From an uncultured Planctomycetota bacterium (lineage in GTDB: Bacteria; Planctomycetota; Planctomycetia; Isosphaerales; Isosphaeraceae), in the NCBI GenBank assembly GCA_963823665.1, contig CAWGMQ010000010.1:2464001-2528000 (forward strand): 64,000 bases of DNA, written 5' to 3'. The position numbers were made by a program, and so were the translations under genes. The notes beneath the pieces were generated by a model. It made no database searches and was not told the origin of the DNA. It was given only the letters and a program-made list of their open reading frames with translations. The first letter of the stretch is position 1. Every line of letters starts with the position of its first letter. Positions 51,289 to 62,400 of the stretch are shown here, piece by piece.

Positions 51289-54200
51289 ATGAGCCCGGAT
51301 TTCGCGACGCCTGAGCCGTCCAGCCTCTCCCCAGGCGGAACAGCCGTTCCCGCACCACCGAGGCTCGACACGTGGATCGGCGACATCCTCTTGGCCTGCG
51401 ATGCCGCTCGGGCTGGGGGCATCATGTCGAGCGACATCCCCTCCTCGCCGAGCATCGGCGCGCCCGATGACAGTCACCACTCCGCGCGCCAGCTCGCACT
51501 CGCGCGGGCCTGCCTTGACCGCCTGCACCGCCGCTGGCCCTGGGCCCATCTGCCGGCGGAGAAGTCAAGCCACGATTCGCCGCTGGCCGGCCTCAATTTG
51601 ACCGTAGGCCGCTACAGCTTGCTCAACCTGATCGGCTCCGGCGGACACGGCCTGGTTTTTCTGGCGAATGACAGCACCTTGCAGCGCAACGTGGCACTCA
51701 AGATTCCGCGCCCCGAGTGGCTCGCCTCCGATCGGCACCGCAGACGGTTCCTGCGCGAGGCACTCGCCCTGGCGCGCCTGGATCATCCGGGAATCGTCCC
51801 GATCTACGACTTTGGTGAGGCGGGCTCGGTCTGTTACCTGGCGACGGCGCATGTCGATGGTCCGAACCTCGCGGAGTGGCTCGCTCTCCGACGGGAACGC
51901 CTGGGCCCGGTCCTGGCCGCCAAGCTTCTGCTCTCGCTGGCGGAAGCGATCGCGCATGCACACGACCGCGGCGTTTTGCACCTCGACCTCAAACCCGCAA
52001 ATGTGTTGCTGGAATGGTGTGATGACCCGGTCGCACGGACGCCCCGCATTACCGACTTTGGTCTCGCGACTCTGCTCGATGAGACGGCGGACGACACCCG
52101 TACCGACACACTCCCATTCGGAACGCCACGGTACATGTCGCCCGAACAGGCTGCCCGTGATCGGTCGCGCATCGGACAAGCAACCGACGTCTACGGCTTG
52201 GGTGCGATCCTGGACACGATCGTTTCAGGCTCTGATTCGCCCGGACCGCTCAACAACACGCAAGTGCATCGACCATCTCGACCGGAATTGCCGCAAGGGC
52301 TTCGCCAGATTCTCGCACGCTGCCTGGAGCGCTCCCCGGCAGATCGCTATCCCACCGCAAGGGCGCTCGCCGAAGACCTCCGGCGTTTCATTGCCGGTCA
52401 CCCGGTCACCGCTGGGCGGCTTGGGCGCGGGAAACTCAGACGCGCATGGGACGAGCTGAAAGTCAGCAACCGTGCCTTCATTTTGAGTGTGCTGCTGCTC
52501 GTCGGTGCGGTGGCTGTCGGCGGAGTCATCTTGTCGGCCCGGCCGCGGCTCCCGGGCGGCAACCCGGGCGCGCAACGCACTCGGTTCGAGGGACCGGTGA
52601 AAAGCAACGCGCCGGTCGATCCAGACCCGCGCGGAGTTCGCTACACCCGCGAGATGCAAAACGCCTACCGTCTGATCCACGATAACCACGACACCGGGAC
52701 CGCCGACTCGAAACGTCTCGATCATTGGGCCGGCCCTTATCCGGCGGGAGAGCCCGACCCTCGCGGATTCGAATGGGGCTACCTCAAGAATCTGGCTCAT
52801 CGAGAATCGCTGACCTTCCCGCATGGTGAACTGCCAGACGGCAAACCGAACGCGGTTTACCATGTTCGATTCTCGCCCGACGGGGCGAGGCTGGTCACTG
52901 CGGCAAAGGACGGGACGGCGCGGATCTGGGATCGGGACACGGGGCGCTGCCTCCACGTCCTGAACCACAATGGAATCGAGGTGAATTCAGCAGCGTTCTC
53001 GCCGGATGGGAAACTGGTCGCAACAGCCAGCGACGATGGTTACGTCCGATTCTGGGACGCGGCCTCTGGCGCCGCCAAACGCCATCTCTCTCCTCCGCAC
53101 AACGGTGAAGCCAATGCGGCGCTCTTCACGCCAGACGGCACGCGGCTGGTCTCCGCGAGTCGCGACGGGCGCCTCGCCGTCTGGAATGCAGCGACCCGAG
53201 AGGAACTGTGGCGGCGCGATGCCGAGGTCGGCCCCATCGAGGGCCTCGCCATTGCGAGGGACGGCTCGTTTGCTGCAGCCGGAGGCTCGCGCGACGCTCG
53301 GATCGCGATCCTGGGCCTCACCGATTTTGCGTTGCGCTGGCAGATGCGTTCGGGGTCTGGAATAATCGGTCTCGACATCGCGCCCGACAACCGCCTCATC
53401 GCGGTGAATAGCTCCAACGACGTCTTTCTTGTTGACAGGACCTCACACGCTTCAGAGACCCGGCTCGTCGGCCACCGCGGCGGCGTCGAAAGCGTCGCGT
53501 TCGGCCCCGACCAGTCGGTTCTCGCCTCCGTCAGCGGCGCCGGAGATGATTCACTCAGGATCTGGGACCCTGTCACCGGCCGAGAGCGCGATGCCATGTC
53601 GGGACATACGAGTGCAAACTACTTTGTGACCGTCTCCCCCGACGGGAAGCGACTGGCGACCGCCAGCGCCGATGGCACCGCCAAGCTCTGGGAGCTCAAC
53701 CGCCGAACGGACCGCACGCAGATCGAACTTCCGCCAGGAACAATCCCGCTTGACGTCGCGGCCTCGTTCGACAGCAGCTCGGGCAGCGAATCCGAGCGCG
53801 GCTCGCTGGCACTGGTCGCGATCACAAAGGACGGCCGGCTCATCAGGCTCGACGGCAATGACGGGCACACGCTGGAAACGCGGGCCCTCTTCGTCCAACG
53901 GATTGTGAGTGCCAGGATTGCCCCGCTCGCCCGATTGATCGCGGCCGTCTCGGAAGACGGCGTGCTCCTGATCGCGGAGGTCTCCGGTGATCGCACGCCG
54001 CAAGCTGTCGCGGACGTTCGGGTGAGCGCGAATTCCCGAAATTTCGCGTTTGATCGCGAGGGCCGCGTTCTCGTGGCGAATGCTAGCAAAGCAAAACGCC
54101 AGAACATGGAGCAGAACTCGGTTGAACCGATCAGCGCCGAGAACATGAGCCTGATCGAGACAGCCACCGGCCTGGTCACGTCCTGGCTAGCTGTTCCCAA

Positions 54201-54760
54201 CGGCTCGTTTTCGGCAACAAACCACGCATTCTTCGCGGACGGCCGGCGGCTCGCTGCCGGGCATGCGTCTGGTGGAGACGGCCTCCTTGTTTGGGATCTG
54301 GAGGGCGGTCGAGCCTCACGCAACACCATTGCCCTGGAAACCTCGCCGGATCTGTGCTTTGGCCGTGTCGTTTGACGGAAAGCTCATCGCAACCGGTGAC
54401 GTGATCGACCGGATTCAGTTGAACGACAGCGAAACACTCGCGATCAAAGCGGAGCTTCTCGGGCATCGGCACGACATCTCCAGTCTCGCGTTCTCGCCCG
54501 ACAGCCGCCGGTTGGCAAGCGGCGACGTTTCCGGCGCCGTGAAACTGTGGGACGTCGCCTCGGGCGAGGAGCTACTCGAGCTAGAAGGCCTTTCAGGCCG
54601 CGTCCACTACCTCGAGTTCGCACCGGATGGCCTCTCCCTCGTCGGCGCCTCACTGGAAAACGGAGGCCGCGCCGTCGTATGGCACGGTCATGCACGCCAA
54701 TCAACCGAAAAGGTGGCAGGAACGAATGGCACTGTAAAAACCTTAAGCCGCTCGCAGTAA
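51289..54760 (+). CDS. Ser/Thr kinase with WD40 repeats, frameshift near 54330; stop codon lies inside the IS end
   Basis: IGSGGHGLVF, VALK, HLDLKPAN, TDFGLA, GTPRYMSPEQ, RGFEWGYL, repeated FSPDG...ATAS.DG..R.WD. Confidence 0.9.
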
Positions 54761-56251
54761 TTGTTTACACGCTTCAGCACGCGTGCATGTAAGCATTTAA
54801 TAACTCTTGGGTCGCCGTTTCTTACATCGCGGCCCGACGCGGCCTGGGCGGTCACCAACCCGGTCATATGCGATGGCTCCGAGCATTGCCGCCCAGAGTC
54901 GAGCACGCCGATCCGGGTCCACCGTCTGCAAGGAGTCGCGGAACGCTGAGATCGCTTGTTGGGTCCCCTTGAAGCTCAACTCTCGCGGCCGGGCACCCTC
55001 CACGCCCGCCGCAGTGGCCATGAAGGAACGGATAATGTTATAAGCCAACATGTGCATCCATATTTCCTTCTCGACCATATCCGGCGTCTGGCAGCGCAGT
55101 ACGTCCATCTGCATCACGACCTTGATGGAACGTAAGTCGAGTTCGATATTCCACCTCTTGAGGAAGAGATCGGCGAGCTCTTCCTTGGTGTACTCAATCG
55201 GATCGACCAGCGTCGTGACCAAGACGATCTCGCGCACGCGATATCCAGGATTGTCGACTCGGAAACGCAACTCACGGACCGTGATCTCGTCAGGAATTTG
55301 CGCATAAGTCTTTTCATCCATCCATTCCGGCCGTGCTGGCTTTGGCCACCGCACGAGATGGTCTTCGATCCCGAGACAGCGCCCTCGACGGAAATCGATC
55401 CTCCTGCGCTGGTGCATGCGAAATACCCCATCGACCTCGCGGCGCATTAACTCGGCGATGCCGAAATACGAACCAGAATAGCGATCGCCCAGCAGAATAC
55501 TGCCCTTTTGCAGTCGCTCCAACAGTGTGCGCAGCAAGCTTGTCTCGCCGCTGCGTTTTCCTTTATACGGGCCGATCGCCAGATCCAGCACCGCTCCAGT
55601 GGCCATGCAGATAATTGTCACGAACCGCGCGATCGCGAATCCGAGACCTGCCTTTTGGGTGCGTGGCTGAGGAAAGGCCTCTTGGTTGGCCGGTGTATCC
55701 GGCATCGACGCAGTCGATCCATCAACCAGAAGGACTAATCGCCCTTTCCAGTGCCATGCCGGCAGGGCTTTCTTCTGGAGGACCAGTCCCGTCATGCGAA
55801 GCAGTCGCGCGATAAAGGACAGCGGTAGGCGTTGCCGAGCCTTGCAGTAGTTGCCCGTGTCAGGAGAAACCGGGGGTTGCCCTTGCGAAACGAGAAAGGC
55901 AATCAGCCTCAACACCGCTTGGCGACACGAGTGATCCGGGTCGAGCACTTGGGTTAGGAATGTCCAGAGCGTCACGAGCGGGGTGTAGGTGCGAATCCGG
56001 AACTTGAGCCCCTCCTCGGCGAGGGCGGACTCGACGAGCTCCCCGTCGAGCAGGTTGTGGTACGGGAGCGTGTCGCCGTTTCTCAGCGCATTGGCCTGTT
56101 CCTCAGCCCGACGTCGGATATCCTGTGCCACTGTCGGCCTCCTTGCCGAAACGAGCCATGGATATGTGTCAACACCCATGCTTGTTACAAGGAGGCCGAT
56201 TTTTGTCTAGAGCAATCCGCGACGAGACTTGCGCCTATCACAGTGCCATTC
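54724..56251 (-). mobile_element. IS4-family insertion sequence, 1528 bp
   Basis: Terminal inverted repeats GAATGGCACTGT (54724-54735) / ACAGTGCCATTC (56240-56251); flanking 11-bp duplication GTGGCAGGAAC / GTGTCAGGAAC with one mismatch. Confidence 0.92.
54797..56179 (-). CDS. IS4-family DDE transposase
   Basis: NYCKARQRL, LVDGST, LLGDRY, RWNIELDLRSIK (YREK-type motif), LSFKG. Confidence 0.93.
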   Translation of the reverse strand: MGVDTYPWLVSARRPTVAQDIRRRAEEQANALRNGDTLPYHNLLDGELVESALAEEGLKFRIRTYTPLVTLWTFLTQVLDPDHSCRQAVLRLIAFLVSQGQPPVSPDTGNYCKARQRLPLSFIARLLRMTGLVLQKKALPAWHWKGRLVLLVDGSTASMPDTPANQEAFPQPRTQKAGLGFAIARFVTIICMATGAVLDLAIGPYKGKRSGETSLLRTLLERLQKGSILLGDRYSGSYFGIAELMRREVDGVFRMHQRRRIDFRRGRCLGIEDHLVRWPKPARPEWMDEKTYAQIPDEITVRELRFRVDNPGYRVREIVLVTTLVDPIEYTKEELADLFLKRWNIELDLRSIKVVMQMDVLRCQTPDMVEKEIWMHMLAYNIIRSFMATAAGVEGARPRELSFKGTQQAISAFRDSLQTVDPDRRARLWAAMLGAIAYDRVGDRPGRVGPRCKKRRPKSY

Positions 56252-56409
56252 GTGTCAGGAACCAATTCACGCCTCAATCACGCCCAGCCTACCGCCGGCG
56301 TCGTGCCAGAACTTGGTCCGCCGCCAGATCATGAATCACGGACGAACCCGAATCATCCGCCACGAGCACTCCCAGCACCGCATCCACGGCGACGCTCGTC
56401 GCCCCGATC
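56252..56409. repeat. 158-bp exact duplicate of 45425-45582
   Basis: Base-by-base identity at offset 10827 covering the short repeat, the 3' flank and the last codons of both surface-protein genes. Confidence 0.92.
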
Positions 56410-59400
56410 ACGCTCGCAGCAGTCCCGTTCACGGTTTGCGTGAGCACACCCGACGTGCTCGTCAGGAAATTCGCGTCCCCACCATAGACCACCGTGATCG
56501 AATGCGAGCCCACCCCCAGCGTCTTCGTGCTGAACGTGGCTTTCCCACCGCTGAGCATGCCCGTGCCGATCTGCGTAGCACCGTCATAAAACGTCACCGA
56601 TCCCGTGGGCGTCCCGGCCCCAGGCGCCGCCGCCGTCACCGTCGCGGTGAATGTCACCTTCTGACCCGAATTCGACGGATTGAGCGACGACGTCACCACA
56701 GCGGTCGTCCCGTCCTGATTCACCGTCTGGGTGGAACTCCCACTGCTGGTGCTGAAGCTATTGCTGCCCGTGTACGTGACAGTGATCCCGTGCGACCCAG
56801 TTGCCAGCTTGGCGGTCGTATATTGCGCCGATCCCCCGCCGAGCGCCACCGTGGCGAGCTTCGTCGCTCCGTCCATGAACGTCACCGATCCTGTCGGCGT
56901 GCCACCGCCGGGCGCATTGGCACCCACGGTCGCCGTGAACGTCACGGCTTGCCCAAAGACTGACGGATTCGCCGAGGAGACAACCACCGTGGAGGTACTG
57001 TCCTGCCCGACCGTCTGGCTAACCGTTCCCGTGCTCGTCTTGAAGTCGGAGTCCCCGCTATAAGCAACCTTGATCGTGTCCGTGCCAACCGGAATCGCCA
57101 CGCTCGAGCTGATGCTGACCGTCCCGTTCGCAAGCGTGCCCGTCCCGAGCACGTTCGATCCTTGTGTAAACGTGACCGTACCGGTGGGCGTCCCGCTCCC
57201 CGGCGAGCTCGCGCTCACCGTCGCCGTCAGCGTGAGCGACTGACCATACAACGAAGGATCCGGCGCGACCGTCACGGCCGCGCTCGACGCAGATTGATTC
57301 ACCGTTTCAGAAAGCGCCGCCGAGCTGCTGCCCGTGAAGTTCGGGTCGCCACCGTAGATCACCGTGATCGAGTGCGGGCCGACCAAAGCGAACGTCGTCG
57401 AAAATGTCGCAACGCCTCCGCTCAGCATCCCCGTCCCGATCGCCGCCCCCCCGTCCAGGAACGTCACCGTGCCCGTTGGCGTGCCGCTTCCTGGCGAGAC
57501 AGCCTTTACCGTCGCCGTGAACACCACCGACTGGCCGTACACCGCTGATGCATCAGATGAAGCAACCTTCGAAGTCGTGGCGGCTTGGTTGACAGTTTGC
57601 ATCAGACTAGGCGAAGTGCTCGCGGCGAAACTGGCGCCTCCGGAATACACCACGGTGATCGCTTGTGATCCCACGGCAACGGCCGCGGTTTTGAGTGTCG
57701 CCTTTCCTCCGCTGAGCGTCGCGCTCCCCAGCAAGTTCGTCCCGTCGTAGAAGGCGACCGTTCCGGTCGGCGTCCCTCCCCCCGGCGAAACCACACTCAC
57801 AACCGTAGCAAACGAGACGTTTTCGCCCCAGATCGACGGACTCAGCGACGATGTGACCGACGTCGACGTTTGGGCCTGGCTCACAATCTGTGTCGTCTGG
57901 TCGAGGCTCAATAGAAATCGAGAGCTACCCGAGTACGTCGCAGTGATGTCATGCGCGCCAACCGCAAGCGCGGCGGTCGATAGGCTCGCCGTCCCGCCGT
58001 GCAGGGTCGCCGTCCCGAGCGTCGTTCCGGTCGTCTGATCGACGAACGTCACCGACCCGGCCGGTTTCGGGTCGCCCGGAAAGTCCGGCGCGACGACGGC
58101 GGTGAACGTCACCTTCTGGCCGAAGACTGAAGGGCCGGGCAAAGCAACAAGCGCGGTGAAGCTGAGCTCCGTCGCCGTTTGCGTGGTTCCCGCAACCGTG
58201 AACGTGTCTCCCACGGTTGGGACCGGCGCACCCGCGGTGTTATGAACGAATTCGCCCCCAGCATTGATGTTGATCGTATTGCCGCCCGGCGAGCTCGACG
58301 TCCCGAGGTCGACCGTGCCGCCGGTGATCGAGATCGCCGCCTGCCCCGCAACCGCCGACCCATCAATCGTGCTGTTCCGCACACTCAACGAACCGCCGCC
58401 CACCAGGATCGTCGGCGAGCCTGTACCATTCGTCGCGATGACGTTGTCGAGCGTGACGTCGCCCCCGGCAACCGTCAAAGCCGGTGCATCGCCGGCCAGT
58501 GTCCCGTTCTGGATCACGACATTCACTCCGGCCGCCGGGCTGAGAGTCGTTCCGGCCTGAATCGTCTGGCCACCGAGGTCGATCGCCACGGTGACGTCCG
58601 TCGTTTGGCTCGAAAGGCCGTTGATCGCCGTCACGACCTCGTCGAGCTCGCCGCTATCCGTCGGCTCGAGAACCCACGCTGGGCAGCGTCGTTCCCACAG
58701 GCAGGTTCTCGATCTCCGAGACCGCACTCTGCACCAAACTCTCCTCCGTCGCCGGATCGGCGACAATCGGCACAGAGACCGTCGAAGCCGACGAGCTGAT
58801 CACACTCAAGTCCTGGCTGAATTCCGACGTGTTGCCGCTCGGGTCGGTAGCCGTCGCCGAGATGAGTTCGCCCGCGAGGTCGCCCGTGGCGAACGTGTCC
58901 GAAAAAACCGCCGCGCCCGATCCGTCGGTGATCACATCGAACGAGGCGATGACCGTCTGGCCCTGGCCGTATCCCGACGGGTCGGCCGTCGAGTCGGCGA
59001 AGACCTGGACGAGATAAGCGCTGTCCGGGTCGGCAGCAAGCGTGCCATCGACAGTCAAGGTGCCCTTGGGGTCCGACGCGTCCGGTACGAAAACAGCGGA
59101 GCCGAGGACCGGGAAGTTCTGCAGGCCGTTCGGTGCGCCCGCGATGATCCCCGTCGTCGGCGACGAGTGATCGAGCGTCACGCCGTCGTCGCCGAGGTCG
59201 ATGCCCAGCGCCGTGTTCCCATAGATCTGATTGCCTAGAATCGGGTCGCCGACTGCACTCCCGCCAACGATCGCGATGCCGAGCCCGACGTTATCGGCAA
59301 TAACGTTGGCCGCGCCGGCCACCGTGCCGCCAATGGTATTGGCGGAAGACGTTTGATCGGGATCGGTCGGGTCACTGATGTAAATCCCCGCCTCCTGGCT

Positions 59401-62400
59401 GCTGACGGGGTACACCGGCCCCCCATTTCCCAGGCCCGCGATCGGGTTGCCGCTTGAGTCGAAATTGATGCCGATCAAGTTGCCTTCGATCGAATCATCC
59501 GATGAGCCGTAATCCGTGTTGCTCGCTGGCCCGGTATCTGCAATCGTGCCGCCCAAGAGCGCGATGCCTCCCTCGCTGTTGCCTGCGATCACGTTGCCCG
59601 CGCCTGCCGCGGTTCCTCCGATCGTGATGTCCGATGAATTGATCAGTGCGATCCCGAAATTTGAGTTGCCAAGCGCGACATCTCCAGCGGCGTCGGTCCC
59701 GATCAGGTTGCCTTCGATGACCGTGCCGGCACAGGCCATGCCGTTAGCGTAATAGGACAGGATGTCGATCCCGTCGACAATCCACGGGAAGCCCCCGACA
59801 AACCCGGTGTCAACGGTGTATCCGCTGCTCCACGGGCCAAGCGCAATCACGTTGCCGGTGCCCGGCGCGGTGCCGCCGATCAAGGTATCCGGGCAATTGG
59901 TAAGGGAGATGCCGGCACCAAGACCCTGTCCTGGCAACAGCTCCATTCCATCGGCGGTCGTGCCAATTTTGTTGTCCTGGATCACGGTCCCCGATGCGCC
60001 ATACGCGACGATGGCGTCATAATTATTGCCCGGCGAGATGACGTTCCCCGCCCCGGGCAGGCCGATCACCGTGCCATCGTCGTTGTCGCCGTAAAGTGCG
60101 ATGCCCCACGCGGCATTCTCGAGCGCACTCGTGCCGCCGGCATTCGTGCCCACGTAGTTGCCGGCAATCACGTTTCCAGAATTGGGTCCGTCGAGCTCGA
60201 CGCCGCAGTACGCGTTTGCGGAAATGAGATTGCCCTCGTCCAGGTTCTGCGGGCCATAGACGGAATTCACGCCGACAAAGTTTCCGTCGGCGCTTACGTT
60301 GATGTTGACGCCGTCGTAACCATTGCCAAGTGCTGCGGTGCCCGCCGCGTTGGTCCCGATCTTGTTGCCGGCAACAACGTTTCCATCCGCTCCCGCAGCC
60401 TGGAAAAATATCCCCGCGAAGCCGTTGCCCGAGATGACATTGCCCTCTGCGCGCATCGTCCGCACCGTCCTGGCCGGAGGTGCCGATGAGATTATCGGCG
60501 CTGATGACCACGATGCCGGACGCGCCATTGGGAATCGCAGTGTCACCGAGTGAATCGGTGCCGATGTAGTTGCCGGCAATCGTGTTGTCCGAGCCGCCGT
60601 AGACCCCGATTCCGTCACTCAGGTTGCCGGAGATGACATTGCGCTCGTCAGCGTTTTCCTGGCCGTACACGGAGTTGACGCCGACCGAGGTATCTGAGGA
60701 GTAGTTGACGATGACGCCGATCCCGCCGTTGGGCAGGGCCGCCTCGCCGCTGGCGGTTGTGCCCACCAGGTTCCCCGCGATCACGTCGTTCGAGCCCGCT
60801 CCGACGAAAACACCGTCGGAGGTGTTGCCCGAGATGACGTTGCGCTCGATGGCGTCACCAGTCCCATCTTGACCATCCGTACCGACTAAGTTCGATGGAC
60901 CGGAGATGTAAACGCCCCATTCGTTGGGGATCGCCATTTCCGCCGCGATGTCAGTCCCGATGAGGTTTCCCGCGATGACCGTGCCGGACGAGCTTGGGTC
61001 GACATAGACGCCCGAGTACATGTTCCCTGAGAGGAGATTGCCCTCGTCGGCATTCTCGGGTCCGTAGATCGGGTTTACGCCAACCCAGTTGTCGTCCGAC
61101 CCGTCCTGAATGTGGATTCCGTCCGCGGCGTTGCCCAGCGCGGCGGTCCCCGCGGCATCCGTTCCGATCAAGTTGCCGGCGATCACGTTGCCCGTCGCAC
61201 CAGAGCCGCTAAGCAGAATCCCCTGCGACCCGTTCCCCGAAATGACATTCCCTTCGATGGCGTCAAAGGCGCCATCTTGCCCCGTCGTGCCGATAAGGTT
61301 CGAAGCCGATTCGACGCCAACGCCCGTGCCGTTGGGTACAGCGATCGACCCCGTGGGGTCCGTGCCAATATAGTCGCCCGCAATGACGTTGCCTGTTCCG
61401 GCCGTCGGGTCGATAAAAACACCCCATCCGCTGGTGTTTCCCGAGATCACATTCCGCTCGTCGGCATTCTCGGAACCATAGACCGGGTTAACGCCGATCC
61501 AGTTGTCGCTGGCTCCGCTGGTGACGATCACGGCATAATCCCCGTCGCCCAGCGCGGCTTTGCCGGACGCGGTCGTCCCGATGTAGTTGCCTGCGATCAC
61601 ATTCCTCGTCGTGACGGGGCTATGCAGAGCACCGAAGACCTGCGTGTAGATATCGACTCCATAATTCGTGTTCCCGGAGATCACGTTGCGCTCGAGGGCG
61701 TCGTCGGACCCGTCCTGTCCCAAGGTTCCGATCAAGGTATTTGATGAATCGACGATCTGAACGCCGAAACCATTCGGGATCGCGGCCGTTCCTGACGCAT
61801 TCGTTCCGATCAGGTTGCCGGCCACGACTTCGCCGGTGGAATCGAAGATCTGAAACGCGCCCCCGTTGCCCGAGATGACGTTGTCTGGGTCGGCATTTGC
61901 GGGTCCATAAACGGAATTCACGCCGATCCAGTTGGTCGCGGAGACCTCGGCGAAATAGATGCCGTCACCCGCGTTTCCAAGAGCGGCCGTGCCCGTTGCG
62001 TTTGTACCGATGAAATTGCCGGCGACGACATTGCCGCTCGTCCCGCTGCCGTAGAGGTCGACGCCGTCGCCCAGGTTCCCCGAGATGAGGTTGCGCTCGC
62101 CGGCGTCGTCTGCGCTCTGGCCGCTGGTGCCGACCAGATTGTCCGAAGCACCGTCTTCGATCACGACACCAGCCCCGATGCCGGCGTCATCGGCATCGAT
62201 CGCGAGCGTGCCGCCGTTGCCCAGCGCGCCCGTCGCGGTGACGTTGGTGCCGATATAGTTGCCGGCGACGACGTTCTTATCGGTCCCGGTACCGGTCATC
62301 CAAACACCGGCAAAGAGGTTGCCGCTGATGATGTTTCGCTCGAGGGTGTCGTCGGCCGTCCCGTCCTGACCCGAGGTGCCGATCAGGTTACCGGATGCAC

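Noticed and set aside
26250..56268. 17-bp repeat as a CRISPR repeat or integron attC site
   Set aside because: Spacing is irregular and kilobases long; no cas or integron integrase gene in the window; no attC-type long palindrome
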